The notes under the pieces: model-generated
Seen by the model: the letters and a program-made list of their open reading frames with translations, nothing else
Databases searched by the model: none
What the model was told of the DNA's origin: nothing
NCBI RefSeq assembly: GCF_006345805.1
Contig: NW_021831688.1
Location: 1-53,030 of the forward strand
Origin: Octopus sinensis
Lineage: Eukaryota
Direction of reading: 5' to 3'
Length of the DNA: 53,030 bases
Shown here: piece after piece, positions 49,596 through 53,030 of the stretch
Layout: each line of letters opens with the position of its first letter
Numbering within the stretch: the first letter of the stretch is position 1
Translations under genes and position numbers: made by a program

Positions 49596-49981
49596 GTGGA
49601 AGCACTCCGTCGGTTACGACGATGAGGGTTCCGGTTGATCCGAATCAACGGAACAGCCTGCTCGTGAAATTAACGTGTAAGTGGCTGAGCACTCCACAGA
49701 ACGTGTGTACCCTTAACGTAGTTCTCGGATATTCAGCGTGACACAGAGAGTGACAAGGCCGGCCCTTTGAAATACAGGTACACAAAGAAACAGGAAGTAA
49801 GAGTGAGAGAAAGTTGTGGTGAAAGAGTACAGCAGGGAACACCACCATCTCCTGCCGGAGCCTCGTGGAGCTTTTAGGTGTTTTCGCTCAATAAACACTC
49901 ACAACGCCCGGTCTGGGAATCGAAACCGCGATCCTATGACCGCGAGTCCGCTGCCCTAACCACGGGCCATTGCGCCTCCAC
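49596..49981 (-). mobile_element. tRNA-derived SINE (head H1 + tail T2) with 11-bp TSD
   Basis: TSD tctaatagatg at 49585-49595 and 49982-49992; tRNA-like head tggaggcgcaatggccc..ggttagggcagcgg..gtttcgattccc. Confidence 0.92.
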
Positions 49982-51377
49982 TCTAATAGATGCACGCGTT
50001 TGGTTGACTTACAAAAAAATAACGAAAAAGACTTTATCTGGAAAAAAAAAAACAAAAAAACATTGCATTCTTGAATATTTGCAGGCGCTTGAAACAGAAC
50101 TAGATTTAATCTATGGGCCATACAATGAACAAAAAAAAGGGTGCTCTGTAAATTGAAAAAGTATAAAATGTTAGTTGAATAAACGCAGAAAACTATGCGC
50201 GTTATCTAATCACCGTTTTTCTGATGGAAGCAGAGTGTCAACTTGCTTCCTTTTTCCTATGTAAGTGTATTGCAGGTATTGCAAGTTGACAGAAACTTAA
50301 TCTAAGTGTATAAGTATTTATTAGATTCTAAAACTATTCGTTATCAGCTCTTACTAGAAAAAATTGTCTTTGTGGCATTTTTTATCGGAAAAAATGTTAA
50401 AATATTACACCGAAAAGGATACAACAGCTCGTGTTGCTTCCCTTGCACAAATGTTCTTGTATCATCTTGCCTCTGCTTGTCGTCTTATGGTAATTCCGAC
50501 AAAAGTCTGATGCCTATGCTGTCATGTAGTTTATATTAATTTTACAGAACATTAGAAGAACGATCTAATTTTACAGAATATTAAAACGATCGTATGAAAA
50601 ATAATGTAGTTTCAATATTGTTTCTATAATTTTTAAGGGAAGCATTGCTTCCCTTGCTTCCATGGACGCACGCCCGTCGTATATGTATGGTATACATACA
50701 TATACATACACGACGGGCTTCTTACAATTTCGTCTACCCGAAGGCTTTTGTCGACCCGACCGAGTCTATAGTAGAAGCCATTTGCCCAAGGTGCCACACA
50801 GTGGGACTGAACCCGGGACCAACGTCGGCAAACGCATCTGCCAGCTCGCCACCCTAAGAGTTAGAAATATTAGCGTTCCTTCTTGGTTATTTTTAGTTGA
50901 TAGATTATAGGGAACAAATATAGGGCACAGCCATCCTTGGAATGAAAGACTATTACAGAAGAAAGCTAACACAGGAAGGGATCTTCTTTGATGCCCCAAC
51001 AATTCTTTAGTTCTCAGAACTTATTCTTTCCAGATTTCAACACCCTTCTAATATATTTTCGGCATATTCATGCATGTCAGTTTACATTTGTTATATGTAC
51101 ATTTGGCGTTTTAAACACTGCGATCACAAATATACATTCCTGCGTACGAATATTTTGTGTTCTTCATAATGATGAAGCAAACACGGAGTAGGATGTATGC
51201 TGGATATTTGCAAGGGTATATTTCATTTCGACTGTTTATGGGTATTTTGGCAAATTGTATGTGTGTGTGTGTAAATATATACACATGATTATATCTATCT
51301 AGCTAGCTAGCTAGCTATTTGCATGATGTATGTATGTATGTATGTATGTATGTATGTATGTATGTTATGTATGTATG

Positions 51378-51417
<40 letters not shown>

Positions 51418-51495
51418 ACTATCTATCTATCTGTCTGTTCTATCTAAATATAAATATATGTATTGTATATATAGGATATATTATATATATATATA

Positions 51496-51541
<46 letters not shown>

Positions 51542-51799
51542 TATTATGCATGCACATTTTATACAACATGCACATAGGCATACGTAAGTATCTATATGTA
51601 GGTGCATAAATATGCCCTCTCAATATACATGCTTGTTACATACATACACACATACATACATACATACACACATACATACACACATACATACACACATACA
51701 TACATACATACATACATAGATACACACATACATACATACATACATACATACATACATACATACATACATACATACATACATGCATATATATATATAATT

Positions 51800-52098
51800 T
51801 TTTATGCGCCCCTTTCAAGCCTAGCCAGACTCATGGGCCCGGTTTCCATGGCGTATGTGTTCCCCCCAGCTGGACGGGACGCCAGTCCATCGCAGCGTTA
51901 CTCAAGAAACAGGAAGAGAGAGTGAGGGAAAGTTGTGGTGAAAGAGTACAACAGGGGTCACCACCACCCCCTGCCGGAGCTTCGTGTAGCTTTAGCTGTT
52001 TTCGCTCAATAAACACACACACAACACCCGGTCTGGGAATCGAAACCGCGATCCTCCGACCACGAGCCCGCTGCCCTAACCACTGGGCCATTGCACCT

Positions 52099-52100
<2 letters not shown>
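51800..52100 (-). mobile_element. tRNA-derived SINE (head H1 + V-domain tail)
   Basis: Antisense gctgcgatggactggcgtcccgtccag matches the V-SINE central domain; the head is as in 49596-49981. Confidence 0.85.
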
Positions 52101-52145
<45 letters not shown>

Positions 52146-52468
52146 AACACACATACACACACACACCAACACACACACACACAGATATATGTGCATATTC
52201 AAGGGGAATACGCGTTTTTGACTGAGTGTACGTGCGTGCGTGTGAGTGTATGTGTGTATGTGTGTGAGTGTGTACATATGATAGTATGTGTGCGTGAATG
52301 CGTGCATGTGTAAGTAGTATTCGTACACGTATACGTCAAGAGAATGTAGAAAATATTTAAATTCTTTCAGAAACAGATATATAAATATTTTTATTCTCTT
52401 ATTCGTGTCAGACATTACCATACGGCCATAGTGGGGTATCCCTACCCATATATGTGTGTGTGTATGTA

Positions 52469-52499
<31 letters not shown>

Positions 52500-53030
52500 A
52501 TGTATATATGTATGTATGTATGTATCTAGAGTATAAGCAAACTAGTAGTAGTAGTATACAATAACTTCCTGTCTATATGTGTTTGTTATTGTGTATGTAT
52601 GTGTGTGTGAGTGTGTAAGTGTGTGTGTGTGTGTGTGTGTGTAAGTGTGTGTGTGTGGTGCCTACGCAATATTTCGCGTACTGCACATATCTATATGCTG
52701 GATTATGTACAAATGTATGTAAACACTCAACTGTAGTACACACACACACACTCACAGAAACTTACATACAGACAATTATACATGTATACATACACACACA
52801 CGTATACACAAATTGACACACATACATGCATTTATATATATATATATATTTATATATATACTTATATATATATACATATATATATATGTATATATATATA
52901 TTTGCTTATACATATATACACACTTATACACACACCCACACAGAAGCTTACATACAGACAATTATATATGAGTATATACACACATATGCTTATACATCTA
53001 TACATAGACACACATATATACACACATACA

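Overview
This is AT-rich, repeat-saturated eukaryotic non-coding DNA. The SINE types, the (TATC)n/(CATA)n/(TA)n microsatellite load and the LINE relics point to a coleoid cephalopod, most likely an octopus (inference). Nearly all ORFs in the supplied track are microsatellite or SINE read-through artefacts. The only convincing host exon is a 171-nt internal exon (44337-44507, +) encoding the start of an extracellular CUB domain that resembles CUB1 of Neto/SOL-2, so the window is probably two very large introns of that gene. The rest consists of (1) dozens of tRNA-derived SINEs built from interchangeable head and tail modules, several with clean TSDs; (2) Penelope-like (GIY-YIG/RT) relics with inverted terminal repeats; (3) RTE, R4/Dong and Tx1-like LINE fragments; (4) a complete non-autonomous Helitron, a Helentron-like element and two copies of a TA-flanked MITE; (5) two tRNA pseudogenes; and (6) two minisatellites born inside SINEs. 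Three observations most deserve follow-up. First, there is a dispersed set of at least six minimal type I hammerhead-ribozyme motifs, in Penelope termini and in short non-coding microsatellite-anchored elements, some with unusual core insertions. Second, a near-perfect pri-miRNA-like hairpin lies about 50 nt downstream of the exon's donor site. Third, an inverted SINE pair brackets the symmetric exon. All identifications are by eye; no searches or folding programs were run.
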